A stretch of DNA of 64,000 bases from the human T2T-CHM13v2.0 reference genome, Homo sapiens: assembly GCF_009914755.1 (NCBI RefSeq), contig NC_060940.1; one strand, given 5' to 3'. Below the pieces are notes generated by a model. The model searched no databases and was not told the origin of the DNA. It was given only the letters and a program-made list of their open reading frames with translations. A program made the translations under genes and the position numbers. This document shows, piece after piece, positions 1 to 12,755 of this stretch (positions within the stretch are counted from its first letter, which is position 1; the number at the start of each line of letters is the position of its first letter).

Positions 1-939
1 AGCTGAGACGGCTGTCCGTCCCCCGCCTGTCAGTCCGTCTGTCTGGGGCTGGGGGTGTCAGGACAACACCCACCACTGCAGGCCCCCTTGGGAATAAGCG
101 GCAAGAAGCTTCGGGGTCCAGTTTGCACCGAGCCCCTCCAGCGGGGACGCCTCTTTCATTTCTGCACCCTGCGCCTGGCACGGAGGGGTGTGCGGTCAGC
201 GGGTGGGGGCTGACTGGGTGACTTGCAGTGACAGGGTGGCGAGGCCCTGGACCTGAGTGCCATGTGACCCCCATGGACCATAACCCCTCTGAGCTCCAGG
301 GTCTGCAGCGCTGCAGGCCTCACACAAATCGGGGGCCAGGAGCCTAAGATCTGCTCTCTAAATCTGGGAGCCCAGCCAGAGCAAGCCCTCAGCAGACCCA
401 GCCCCAGTGTGCGGCCTGGTGCCCCCGTTTTGAGGAATCCCCCATCCTCTCGTGAGCAGTCGGCTGGGTCAGGCTGGCTCCACCGGCTCTGGGATTCGGC
501 TGCAGCCTGGCCCGGATGCCGCCGGGGTCACCGCCATCTGGAGTGAGGGGCTGCAGCGGACACGGCTGGAGGGACGGTTGCAAGGTCCCCTCCCCCACTC
601 TGTCCCCCTCAGGTCTGTGAAGTCGGGACTTTCTAGACACTCAAAACACACCTGGACTTGGGAGCTCAGGAGGAAGCTCCGGGAGCCCACAGGGTGGGGT
701 GAATTCTCCAGTTCCTTCTCTACTGGGCTCCCTCCCGGCTGGTGCCTCCTGGCCTTGGCAGGGGTGGGAGGCCTGGTGTCTGCAGGGCCAGCTGCGGGGG
801 TCGCAAGAGCGGGGCCCCTTGGGAAGGAGTGCCAGGAAGAGGGTCTTTCCTCACCAAATCCCACCCCAGCCTTCAGGAGGGGCTCGCCGCCACCCCGTTT
901 TACAAACAGGAGACAGGCTGGGGTCAGCGTGGCCGGTGG

Positions 940-1035
940 ACAGCAGTTTCCATTCCCACCATGGTCGGGTCCAGCCACTGCCCCTCACAGACCAGGGAGC
1001 CGAGGGAGAGGGGGGCGGGGCCGGCCTGACGACGC
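940..1035. promoter_or_regulatory. Candidate promoter-like motif group: ISRE-like site, GC box, CRE half-site
   Basis: AGTTTCCATTCCC at 945-957 is one mismatch from the ISRE GGAAANNGAAACT on the minus strand. GGGGGCGGGGC (Sp/KLF box) at 1011-1021; TGACG at 1027-1031. Confidence 0.3.
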
Positions 1036-2484
1036 ACAGACCTCAGCACCGCCCGTGGGGCTGCATCTTGCAGGCTCAGGGCAGCAGGCCAGGCTTGGCT
1101 GCCAGGGTGCGAGTGGCAGGTGCCGGGGGGCAGGTGCTGGGGCTCCCGGTGGGCCCTACTAGAGGGCACCGTGGACCCGGTCCAGTTAGGGTGAGCATGG
1201 CCTGGGGGGTTGCGATTTGGCAGAGCCCCCGATCTTCTGCAAGGCTGTGGGTTCACCCCATCCCCCTCCACAGGGGCCTCCCAAAATGAGCCCCAGAAGC
1301 TGTGGCTGTTGGAGGCTTCTGCCATGTCTTCTCAGGAGGGCATGCCTTCTGGCCCCACTCCTCCCAGGGAGAAAGCCACACTTGGGGCCCTCACCCCAGG
1401 AGTCCTCGTCTCCACAAAGGGGGCGCCTGGAAAAGCTGATGGAAATTCACGTCAGTGGGAGGCAGGCCTGGGGGAGGGGTTGGCCCACTCTCCAAAAGCT
1501 GCCAGTGAAACGGCTGCTCTGCAGCTGTCCTGGGCCGAGAGAGGATTTCACTCCAGGAGGCGGTGGCGGCGGCCCCAAGCCGGCAGCCTTGCTGTGTGAT
1601 CAGCTGGGTGTCAGGATGTGCTTGATCCAGGGGTCGGCGACGCGGGTGTCAGGCAGCACCTGCGTGGGGCTTCCTCAGGTGAAGCAAGGAGACGGAGAGG
1701 TGGGTTCGGAGGGGCTCAGCTGAGGGCGCGGCTCTCGTCTCAGAGCAGGGCGTGCAGTGGGGTCCCTCTCCTGAGATGCGACCTCAGCTGCCTTGCCTCT
1801 GGGAGGGTCCCTGGCAGAGATGCACAGCCTGGGAGGACGTGGCCCACCCCAGCCCCGCTGTGTGAGCTCGGCTGGTTTCCTGACCTTTCTGATTTGTGTC
1901 CTCATCTGAGGTCAGCGATGCCCTTGAAGTGTTGCCGGGTGAAAGCCGGGAAGGGATTGCCGTCTGCCCCTTCCCTCCGGGGCCACAGGGCCTGAGTTCC
2001 TGGGAAAACTGTGGAGCCAGTCCCTGCCTCAGCACCAGCAGGATGCACACAGCCAAGTAACAACTGAAGGACCAGGAGCACGGAGGCCTCGCCTCGCCTG
2101 GAGATGGAATAGACTCACGCCTTCCAGGGCTCAGCACCCTCCTGGGCCAGCACCGTCTGCTGAGGGCCCTGCTGCAAGCAGGCACCAGAGCCCCTGTCTC
2201 GTGCAGCCGACGCTGGGGGCCGGGGGATGAGTAGTACGTAAGGGGGCAGCTGGTTTTTCTCATGGGGTGACAGATTGAAGGAGAGGAACACCGAGGGAAG
2301 GAGGTCGGTCGGGAGGGGGCTCCTCGGCGAGGGCATAGCACAGGCACGGGCTCGGGAGGCTTGTGGAGCCGCCAGGCAGCCGGGGCTGTGAGTGCCGGAG
2401 GCCGACGCGGTGGGGTCGGGCCGGGAGGGCTGGGCCGTGGGTGTGCGCAGGTGTGATGTGGCTGACGTGTTTTCATCAACTCAA

Positions 2485-2783
<299 letters not shown>

Positions 2784-3169
2784 TGATTTTTCAAATGACA
2801 TGGTGACCCAGCCACTCTCTGCCCACCTGAGAGAGCTGCCTGGGGCCTGGGGTGGGCAGAGCTGGGAGAGGAAGCCCCTCGGTGGGGTCCCCGCTGTGGA
2901 CCTGTGTCCTGGGCAACTGCCCGACAGGCCTGGGAGCGGCCGTCCTGGGGGTGGACTTGGGGGTTTTGTGCTGAGAACTTCATTGGCGCCTGCTGCAGGC
3001 CGGCCTCTGGCTTTGTAACAGTCGACCTGAGTGACCCAGTCCACAGCTCCCAGCTGGAGTTCCTTCAAAGGGTGGGTGGGCGGCCCTCAGACAGGCCTCT
3101 CTTTTCCCTGCTTCTCTCCAGCTGCCCCTGGCCGACGTCTCCTCGGAGGAGCACTGGCCGGCGAGTCCT

Positions 3170-3345
3170 GGCTCAGCTGTGACCAATCGGCCTCTCCCTG
3201 AGGCCGCTCTTCCTGCCTGCGCCTCCCCGGTCAACTGCAGTCACGGAAGTGAAAGTGCCGGAAAACCCCTGCCCAGCGCCCAGGCAGGTTAACGGGACGC
3301 ACTGCTTCTCGGTCCACATGTGGTGAGAAGTGAAAGTTGTCTTCG
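3170..3345. promoter_or_regulatory. Candidate interferon/inflammation-responsive element (CCAAT + ETS-IRF + NF-kB + second IRF/PRDM1 site)
   Basis: GACCAATCGG at 3181-3190; CGGAAGTGAAAGTG at 3244-3257; GGAAAACCCC (reverse complement GGGGTTTTCC) at 3260-3269; GAGAAGTGAAAGT at 3325-3337. Confidence 0.55.
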
Positions 3346-4609
3346 CCTAAAGAGTGGCCTCCTAGAGCCGCCCCCATGGGGCCACTTCCTCCAGGAAGCT
3401 GGCCCGGATTGCACCCTGACCCTAGGCACCGCCCCTGTCTTCCTAGGTGCTGATTCAAGGTCTTTCTGCTGGACAGGAGGACATGGCTGGTTGCTGTCCT
3501 TGTGTGTGGGGATGGGCTGGTATGGGGAAGGAGCGGAGCATTCCAGCAGCCACTGAGGCCTCAGGGAAGCAGTGCCACGCTTACTGGGGAGGGAGGGAGG
3601 GAGGTGCACTTATGGGACCTGGAAAGCTGGCTGCACCTGGCAGTGAGGACGTGCCCAGAGCCCCTGCTCCCTGCTCTGTGCCAGTGGAGCCTCCGGTGGG
3701 GAGATAGTTGGGGGGGAGTCAGGCTTTGTCCCACCGTCCACTCTCCTGAGGACTTCCTGCCTCTGTGGATGCCCCTCTCTCTATTACTAGCTCATCCATT
3801 CCTCTTCACCCTCTGGCCCCAGAGCTCTGCACTCTGCCGCCTCTGTCTGACCTTCGTAAATCCTCCCTCATGGAGCTGTCCATGCACTGGCAGCCCTGTC
3901 CCCTTGCGATGCTGCTGGCTTTCTGCCATGACTGACCCAGGAGGGATTCCAGGGCAAGCTTCCCTCCGAGCCTGGGGCTGGACTCCACGGTCAGTCTGAT
4001 TTCACAGCAGCAAGATCCTCACATCTCCAGCCCATCTGCCTCTGCCCCACAGGGTCAGCAGAGCCTGCTGTGTGCCTCTCAGAACCTCAGTCTCTTCTTC
4101 TGTGATAGCAGTAACAGCAGCACTCCCAGGCTGGCTCCCCGACATGGAGCCCCCCAACACCATGTGGTCAACAAAAGGGGGGACAGGAGGCGGGAGGTGA
4201 GGTCTGAGGGTGCTGGGGACCTTGGGATGATGGCTGTGATGGCACTTTGCTCACAGACACAGGTCTGACAGCTACCATCCGGCCCCTTTGCAGGCACCCT
4301 TGGGGCTGCCTGTCTGTCTGTCTGTGGCCTCAGACGTCTTGTCATGCACACACTGACCTCCCTGCCTCTGGCTGGAGCCCACAGACACCCTGGCCGAGCT
4401 CTGCATGATCCACCAGCTCCAAAGCCCAGCAGACACAGGGCCTGCGGCTGAAGGAGGAGTCGGGCTGAGACCGCCCGGCTGCTCATGTCCACTCCCCCTC
4501 CCACCGCGCCCCCTTGATGGGGCACCTCCCATAACCGGGGCTGCCTGCAGCCTCTCCAGTGCCTCCCTGTGTCCCACCGCCTGGAGTGCAGAGTGAGTGG
4601 CTGGAGCTC

Positions 4610-4895
4610 TGGCCTAGGGTGGGCTGGGCCTTAGAAGAAGGAGGCAGAGGAAGATTTGGGAGGGAGGAGACGGCCTTGCAAAGACAGAGGTAGTGGCTGC
4701 GGCACGGCGGCCACAGCCCAGGAACACCTGGGACCAGCAGGACCTGGAGAAGGCAGGACCTGGAGGAGCACGGCCATCTGACGCCTTAGTTTCGGACTTC
4801 CAGCCTGCGGCACTGTGAGAGCAGAAGCCTCTGTTGTTCTGAGCCCCCAGCCAGCTTGCAGCCCATCCTTACTGCAGCCCCAGGAGATAGAAACA
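4610..4895 (+). mobile_element. MLT1-type (MaLR) LTR fragment
   Basis: agaaggaggcagaggaagattt...gacgccttagtttcggacttccagcctgcggcactgtgagag...ctgttgttctgagcc...gcagccccaggagatagaaaca resembles the 3' half of MLT1C/D. Confidence 0.7.
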
Positions 4896-4910
4896 CCCGG
4901 GGAGGGCAAT

Positions 4911-5042
4911 CCAGACCCAGAACATTCCAGACCCAGAACCTTCCAATGCAGAATATTCCGGACCCAGAACATTCCAAACCCAGAACATTCCGGACCCAGA
5001 ACATTCTGGACCCAGGACGTTCCAGACCCACAACATTCCAGA
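4911..5042. repeat. Minisatellite, 16-bp unit CCAGACCCAGAACATT, ~8 copies
   Basis: Units start at 4911, 4927, 4943, 4958, 4974, 4990, 5006 and 5022. Confidence 0.9.
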
Positions 5043-5231
5043 GGACAGCTGGGCCTGGATGGCCACTTGAGGGGATGGAGGATGGAGAGTGAGTGGTGGC
5101 AAAGCCCAGCCCCAAGGGCAAGGTCGGGTAGAGGGAGCCCAGGCTGACCGCAGGCTCTGGACGTGACCCCTTTGCCAGGTGGGCTCCAGCCAGGGCTCAA
5201 GCTTCCTGCACGGATGGTGCCTTCACAGCAT

Positions 5232-5325
5232 CTGCCCAGTCCCCATAACATCTGCCCGCCTTGCCCGGTCCCCATAACATCTCCCGCCTTGCCCGGTCCC
5301 CATAACACCCGCCCGCCTTTGCCTG
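5232..5325. repeat. Short tandem repeat, ~28-29-bp unit, ~3 copies
   Basis: gtccccataacatctgcccgccttgcccg repeated. Confidence 0.85.
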
Positions 5326-6494
5326 CACCCCTCCACTGATAGTGCTCACCACCTCCCCGAGATCCCACGTCGTCCCTCTAAGGTGACACCAGGCAGGCCT
5401 GACTCAGTTTCTCCCCCATGGAGGTCCCAGCACATGGCACTGAAACTTCTCTGCCTCAGCCTACACTTGCCAGGTGGATTTCAAAATCTCTGTCCCTGGC
5501 ACCCTCCTCGGGTGACCTGGTTCCCATCCCTCTCTCCTGAGGCAGTCAGGTCACCTTTCTGACCTCCGCCTCTTCTTCTGCAAAGTGGGCTTGGGGGGAC
5601 AAGGCGGTGAGAGCCTGCACAGCTCCGAGCACACACAGCGGGCGCCTCGTAAACCCAGCACCGCAAGCACCGTCTTCAGGGGTTCCTTCTGCACCACTGG
5701 GCCCAGGGGTCAGTGAGGATCCAGACCCTCCGCGTGAGGGGGCTGGTGAAGGAGCCCAGGGAAGGGGTCCCGGCCCCCAGACGGCGGCGTGTGCTCTGTG
5801 GCCATCTTCTGATTGCTTACACCTCAGCCCCCAGGACGCTGTCAGAGGAGACGAGGGGCTGAGGTCCTCCCACCCCCTGCACAGCACACAGACGTCTCTC
5901 CTGCCCGCCACCAAACGCGCAGCAACACAGCCCTGCTCAGTACGCCTTTGGTCTAAAGACAGGAAGGTTCTTCTACTTCAGCTTTTAGAAATATTACTGT
6001 TCTCCCCAGAGTTTAAAGCCAATCGGCCTGTTTTCAGGCCTCAAAGGTTTTAGGAACTCTTGGGAGGCCTGTGTGCCTGACAGCCACACAGTGGGGCTGA
6101 GGTGCCCTCAGGTCTGTCCAGGACCCCCCGCAGTTCCCATGCCCCCCATGGCCCCCGCTCCTCCAGCCAGGCGAGGCTTGATGCCGAGGCTTTCTGGCAT
6201 CACAAGGCTCCCACATCTGTCCCCTGGGGGCCTTGGGAGGCCCCTGGGGTACAGGATGAGAAGCCCCAAGTGCTGGTATTCACATGTAACTCTGCTGCCT
6301 GATGTGGCTAAGGCTGTCCCATGGGTACCCTGGAATAGGGCCGGGTGGTTGCACGGACAGAAGCCCCTAGAAGCCAGGGGCAGGACCCCGCACCCAAGTG
6401 AGACCCTGCTCCCTCCTCACATTGCAGCCCCTAAGCAGGGGCTCCCTGGGGGTGGGCACAGTGGCTGGGTACTCTGTGTTAGAGGCCACCCTGG

Positions 6495-6630
6495 CCCTCT
6501 GCTCCTGACCTGCAGCCATGTCAGAGGTCCACCCTGATCCTCTGCTCCACATCTTTAGCCATGTCAGAGGTCCACCCTGACCCTCTGCTCCTCACCTGCA
6601 GCCATGTCAGAGGCCCGCCCTGACCCTCTG
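6495..6630. repeat. Tandem repeat, ~42-bp unit, 3 copies
   Basis: agccatgtcagaggtccaccctga..cctctgctcc repeated three times. Confidence 0.85.
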
Positions 6631-6839
6631 TTTCATGCCTCTAGCCAGCAGCCCCTCGCATGACTCAGGCACGGGGCCACCTCTTGGCCCTAACCTCCTT
6701 CCACGGTAGACACCCCCGTCCTTCCACAGTAGACGCCCCCATCCTAACAAAGCGGCGGCTCTCCATGCGCCTCAGAGCCCGTCTCTCTCCGCGCCGGTGA
6801 GAACCTGCTCTCACGCGGGGAGCAGGTCGGAAGGGTCTG

Positions 6840-6900
6840 AACCATGAGGAAACTGAGGCCCAGGGAGGAAGCACCTGGCCCAAGGCCACTCAGCGCCAGG
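6840..6900. mobile_element. MIR core fragment
   Basis: atgaggaaactgaggcccagggagg..cctggcccaaggccactcagc matches the MIR core. Confidence 0.65.
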
Positions 6901-9900
6901 GGATAGACAGGGCCGCTCCAGAGAGGACGGGATGGCAGATGCCAGGGCCAGTGGGCTGGTGCTGCCTTGAAGGTGGCTCTGAGTCACCCATTCGGGAGAA
7001 ACGAACAGTAGCACTGGCTGTGGTGAGGTCCGGCCTTTGCATTCCGGGCACCCGGGGTTGGGAAGTTCCTGCTCACATCTGGGGCCCTTGTGGGGGATGG
7101 CCCTGGGGCCCCACGGGCAGCTGCAGGTGGGAACAGCCTCAGGCAGCCGCCGCCAGGACCTGCTCAGGGAATGTGGTCTCCAGAGATGGGGACACCCCTC
7201 GGTCCCGGGTTCTGTGTGTGAGTGTCAGGGGTGCAGTCAGACCTTGGACCTGACGGCCTCAGTGAGAGCCCCGCGAGACGGGAGACTGTGAGCTCCGGAA
7301 GGTTCCGACGGCTGCTGGGAGTGTGGCCATGAGGGCCACTGGGAATCGGGGCCACCAGCCTGCAGCTGCAGCCCCCAGCGTCCGGGGATCCTTGTCCTGG
7401 GACTTCGCAGGCTCGGGTGGGGGGTATCAGCAATAGCTGGCGTCCTGCTGGACTGGACCCCTCCCCAGAGCCCGAAGCCCCCAGAAGGGCAGGCCCAGGT
7501 TCCCCGTAAACCCCCACTGCCCTGGCTGGAATCGTTCCTCGGACAGGGGCCCAGGGTTGGGTCCATTTCCTCCTCACGGGGGTCTTGGGCCAGTGCCCTC
7601 CCCTCTGGCCTCAGTTTCCTCATCCAACCTGCTGTGAGGTGTCACACCCGGAGGGCATCCCAGGAGGAGGAGGGCTCTCTTTCTAGGACCCCCCCATCAC
7701 TTCCCGGCTGCGGCCCTCCCACCCCCAGGAGAACACAGCCCACCCTCCTAGACGGGGCTGAGCAGCCCGGCCTCCAGCATCTGCCTCTGGGTGGGGCTGG
7801 GGCACCTGGCTGGCACCTGCCAAGCCCTCACCAGCCCACCTGCCCCAGCTGTGCAGGACCTGCCTGTGGGGTGGCCCTGTTGATATCTGAGGTGAGTCAA
7901 CACGGCCATCCGTGCCGGCACTGTCAACTAAGCTGGGCAGGCCCCGCGAAGCTCTAAGGAGTCACAGCCCCGGCACCGGCTGCCGCTCTCTGCCCCCACC
8001 CCACCACCTTCCCCTCGAGCCTCTTACCTGGGCCGCCCTTCCTGGGACCCCGGGGTGCGGAGCAGCCGGCAGATGCCAGGAGGCCGCTCTCCAGCACAGG
8101 GTGCGTCTGGGACATGGAGCCACAGGTGGATCCCGAGGCTGAACTGGCTGCCCTGTCCCTCAGTCTTGAAGCCGGCATGAGGAGGGCCACCCTCAGGGGC
8201 CAACCTGGAGCCCAGGACAGGCCTCTACCAGGACTGCCTTTCCCGACCTCCTGCAGCCTTGAGGGAAAGAGGAGGGGCTGGGCCAGCTGGGGCGTCCTGG
8301 AGTTGGGCCTCTGTCCCTGGAAAGCCGAGGCCCTCCCGGCCACCAACTGGGTGTCCTCTGCCCTGGGGAGGGGGTGGGAGCCCTGGGGCTCATGTGACGC
8401 GGGGCGGGCCTGGGGCTGCAGGCTGGGGAAGGTCTCCCTGCAGCCTGCGGGTGAGGCAGCCAGCTGTGTCCCCGTGATAATGCCGGGGCCGGAGGCCTGC
8501 AGCTGCGCCCGCCACTTCCCTGACAGGAACCATCTGGGGCCCTGCCCTGCGCGGCCTTCCCTCGGGCCATTCCGGTTTGACCTTCCAACAACTTCCTCCT
8601 CCCAGGCAGCTCTGGTGACGTCCCACCCACCCTGAGCCCTACAGCGTGGCCACTGGGCATGTGTTTCCTCGGCCCCAGGGCAGGTGTGCAGGCCTGAGGG
8701 CAGCTCCATCCTGGCCCAGAGCCCTTGGCCTGTCCCGCCCACCCATCTTCCCCCCAGGGCTTGGCCCTTCCTTCAGCCTGGGGTATCTGGGGGTGTCCTC
8801 CCTCTCCGCTAGCCCTCAGTCAGCCGAGCTTTCCCCAGCACCCCTTTTAGTTTGCCCCCGCTCCAGGGGCCACCCTGCCCGTGTTCCTGTGTCTGCTGAC
8901 TGTGCCCTTGAGCAAGGCGGGGCCTCTGACCAGCCTCTCCTCAGCCCCTGCTCCGGGGTTCTTGGGCACCTGACCTGTCCTCAAAGTACCTCCCGCCTGC
9001 TGGGAAGGAAACCCTCTCTCTCTGCTTGGCCTCGTGCACAGGGCTCCTGGCCCTCTGTGGAGACAGCAGGGCTCCCCCACTCTCCGGGGGTGCCTCAGAA
9101 AGACCCTCACCCCACGCCCCAGCGGCCGCCTCCGGTGAGCAGCCTGGAGTTTGCGGGGGTCGGGGGTAGGTGGCTTCTCCAGTCTGGGAAATTCCAGAAG
9201 CCACCTCAGAGCACTCTTGGGACTACTTAGACCCTAGGGAGAGTCCTAGGACCCCTTTCTAGCGGCCGTTGGGCTGAGAGAGTGAGGCACATCCCAGATG
9301 CTGGGAAAAAAAGCCACTTTCTAAAGCTCCCTGACAACTGTCAGAGGGCAGGAGCTTCCTGGGAGGGGACAGTGACCCTTCGGCCCTGCAGCCCTGGTTC
9401 GGTGGCTTTTCTGATGCCATGGCTGGAGGTTTCCCGGCCTCAGACAGGCCAGAGGTGTGGAGCCCGCAGACCCAGGGCCGGCTCACGGGCATCTGTGCTA
9501 TTTTGATTTGATTTGATTTGAGTTTTAGGTCACGTTTGCACGCAGTTAATAATTCAAGCCGTGCAGGAGTAAAAGCCGACTCCTTCCCCGCAGGGTCTCC
9601 AGGTGTCCCGGGTCTCCCTGTCCCAATAGTCGAGTGTCTTTCTCGAGTTGGTGACAACAAGCTGCATGCCAGCGTGTGTGTCCAGCTTACAGTGGGGATG
9701 TGTTTGTTCCTGCTGGGGAACTTCCCAGACGCCAGGCCCACCCGGGGCCTCCCCTGCCCTGGGTGGTCGGCCGTTCTGCCCCCAGGACTGAGGCTGGAGG
9801 GGACATTCCTGCCAGCCCGGGGCCCATCCCCTGGTGCCATCATTCGGTCCCCACGTCCCCTGCTGTTCCCTGTGCTCTGGCTCAGGGTGGGATTCACAGT

Positions 9901-11029
9901 GAGGGTCCTGGGGGCCCTGACCCTCCTGGTTTCCTCATTTGTGCAGGGTGCACGATCCTAACGGCGTCAGCTCCTACAGCGTTTCCGGGAGTGGAGACAG
10001 CAGAGGCTCTGAGCCGCCACATGGGCCGGGGCCACCGTGAGCATGTGGCTGGGGTTGGTCTGTGTCAGTGCCTATTCCCCAGCTGTGTGCAGTGAGAGTC
10101 TCAGAGTCGGGGAACTGAGGGTCTCAGGGGGCACAGCCCCCACTCCGTGAGGCAGCAGGACAGCACCCTGGGTGAGGGTGGTGGCTCCCCCCACCCGGGG
10201 TAGGAGACAGGCAGCCCTGCCCCCAGCCCTGAGGCAGATGTTCGAGGCCTGCACCTGCGCCCCCCACAGATGGGACACTTCCACTTTCGCAATGAGGCCC
10301 TGAGCTCCCCGCCTGGCCCCGTCTTGCCTGGTGTCTAATCAGGGGGTCTGACGGAGGTGGGGTTGGAAAGAGAAGAGAAGAAAGTTGCCCACAAGTTGGG
10401 GGCAGGAGCTGCCCCCCAACTTTGGCGGCCACCTGGGGGTGTGGGCACCACTCCCCACCTCCCCACTACCGGCCTCCTCTCCCCCAGGCCGGGCAGTTGG
10501 TGCTTGTGGGGAAGCAGACGTTGGCTGTGGCTTTCAGAGCTGGGCGGCCAGGAGATAAGGGGCTGGGGAGGAAGTGGCTGCAGAGGTGGGGGCAGCAGGA
10601 GGGGCCTCGGCTTCTCCCAGGGACCTCTGCTGTCTGCAGCCAGCACCCAGCCTCTCGGGGCAGGAGGGGCCTTTCCTTCCTTCCTAAAAGACCTATTAGG
10701 GCCTACTGGGGTTCTTTCGGTGTCCAAGACAGCCCCTGGTCCTGCTCTCTGGGAACTATAGGAGACACGTTCCATCAACATGGCCCAGCATGTGGGGCCC
10801 ATAGGGCAGTTGGGGAAACTGTCCCTGGGTGGGCAGAGGGGCCCTAAGGCAGGCTTTGGTGAATCTGTAGGATGGCCAGAGAACTGGAGGAGGGTGAGGG
10901 GGCAGTGGGGGAGATGACGCCATGTGGGGGTGGGTGAGGAGGCCTTCCTTCAGGCAGGGTGTCTTATGTTTGCCTTCTCTTCTAGCATGTAGGAACCCCC
11001 CCACCCCCAACACACACACCCTTCACTGC

Positions 11030-12755
11030 TGGATGAATAGATGAATGAATAGATTGATGAATGAATGGGTGGGTGGGTGAGTGGATGGGTGGGTAGATGA
11101 TGGGTGGATGGGTGGGTGGGTGGATGAGTGAATGGGTGGATGGATGGGTGGATAGATGGGTGAGTGGGTGGATAGATGGGTGAGTGAGTGAGTGGGTGGA
11201 TGGGTGGGTGGATGGATAGATGGGTGAATGGGCGGAAAGATGGGTGAATGGGTGGATGGATGAATGGATAAATGGGTAAATGGGTGGGTGGATGGAGAGA
11301 TGGGTGAATGGGTGGGTAGGTAGATGGATGGGTGTGTGGGTGAATGAATGGTGGATGGGTGTGTGGGTGGGTGGGTGGATAGACGGGTGAATGGGTGGAT
11401 GAGTGGATAGATGAGTGAATGGGTGGAAGGATGGATGGATAAATGGGTGAATGGGTGGGTGGATGGAGAGATGGGTGAATGGGTGGGTAGGTAGATGGAT
11501 GGGTGTGTGGGTGAATGAATGGTGGATGGGTGTGTGGGTGGGTGGGTGGATAGATGGGTGAATGTGTGGATGGGTGGATAGATGAGTGAATGGGTGGATG
11601 GATGGATGGATGGATAAATGGGTGAATGGGTGGATGGGTGGATAGATGGGTGAATGGGTGGAAGGATGGATGGATAAATGGGTGAATGGGTGGGTGGATG
11701 GAGAGATGGGTGAATGGGTGGGTAGGTAAATGGATGGGTGTGTGGGTGAATGAATGGTGGATGGGTGTGTGGGTGGGTGGGTGGATAGATGGGTGAATGT
11801 GTGGATGGGTGGATAGATGAGTGAATGGGTGGATGGATGGATGGATGGATAAATGGGTGAATGGGTGGTGGATGGATAGATGGGTGGATGGGTGGGTAGA
11901 TGGGTGAATGGGTGGATGGGTGGATAGATGGGTGAATGGGTGGAAGGATGGATGGATAAATGGGTGAATGGGTAGGTGGATGGATAGATGGGTGGATGGG
12001 TGGATGGATGGAGAGATGGGTGAATGGGTGAGTAGGCGAATGGATAGGTGGGTGGGTGAATGTGTGGATGGATGGGTGGATGGAGAGATGGGTGAATGGG
12101 TGGGTAGGTGGATGGATGGGTGTGTGGGTGAATGAATGGTGGATGGGTGTGTGGGTGGGTGGGTGGATAGATGGGTGAATGTGTGGATGGGTGGATAGAC
12201 GGGTGAATGGGTGGATGAGTGGATAGATGAGTGAATGGGTGGATGGATGGATGGATGGATGGATAAATGGGTGAATGGGTGGTGGATGGAGAGATGGGTG
12301 AATGGGTGAGTAGGTGAATGGATCGGTGGGTGGGTGAATGTGTGGATGGATGGGTGGATGAATGGGTGCGTGGATGGGTGGATGGATGAGTGGATCAGTG
12401 AATGGGTGGGTAGGGATGGATGGGTGGATAGACAGGTGAATGAGTGGATGGATGGATACATGGGTGGATGGGTGGATAGGTGGATGGATGGGTGGATGGG
12501 TGGGTGGATGGGTGAATGGGTGGATGGGTGGATGGATGGGTGGATGGATGGGTGGATAGATGGGTGGATGGGTGAATGGATGGATGGATGGATGGGTGAA
12601 TAGATGGGTGCATGGGTGAATGGGTGGGTAGGTGGATAGATGGGTGGGTGGGTCAATGTGTGGATGGATGGGTAGAGGGGTGGGTGGATGGGTGGATGGG
12701 TGGGTGGGTGGGTGGATGGGTGGATGGGTGGGTGGGTGGATAGGTGGATCAATGA
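11030..12755. repeat. ~1.7-kb (GGAT/GGGT/GAAT)n simple-repeat array with higher-order blocks
   Basis: Continuous degenerate TGGA/TGGG/TGAA tetramers. The block ggatggagagatgggtgaatgggtgggtagg...gggtgtgtgggtgaatgaatggtgg recurs several times. Confidence 0.97.

Noticed and set aside
452-1325. Overlapping 130-236-aa ORFs at the left end
   Set aside because: Expected in GC-rich DNA; no recognisable protein and no preferred frame.
3872-3890. Partial RE1 (GGAGCTGTCCATG)
   Set aside because: Half-site only; the TGCTGA half is absent.
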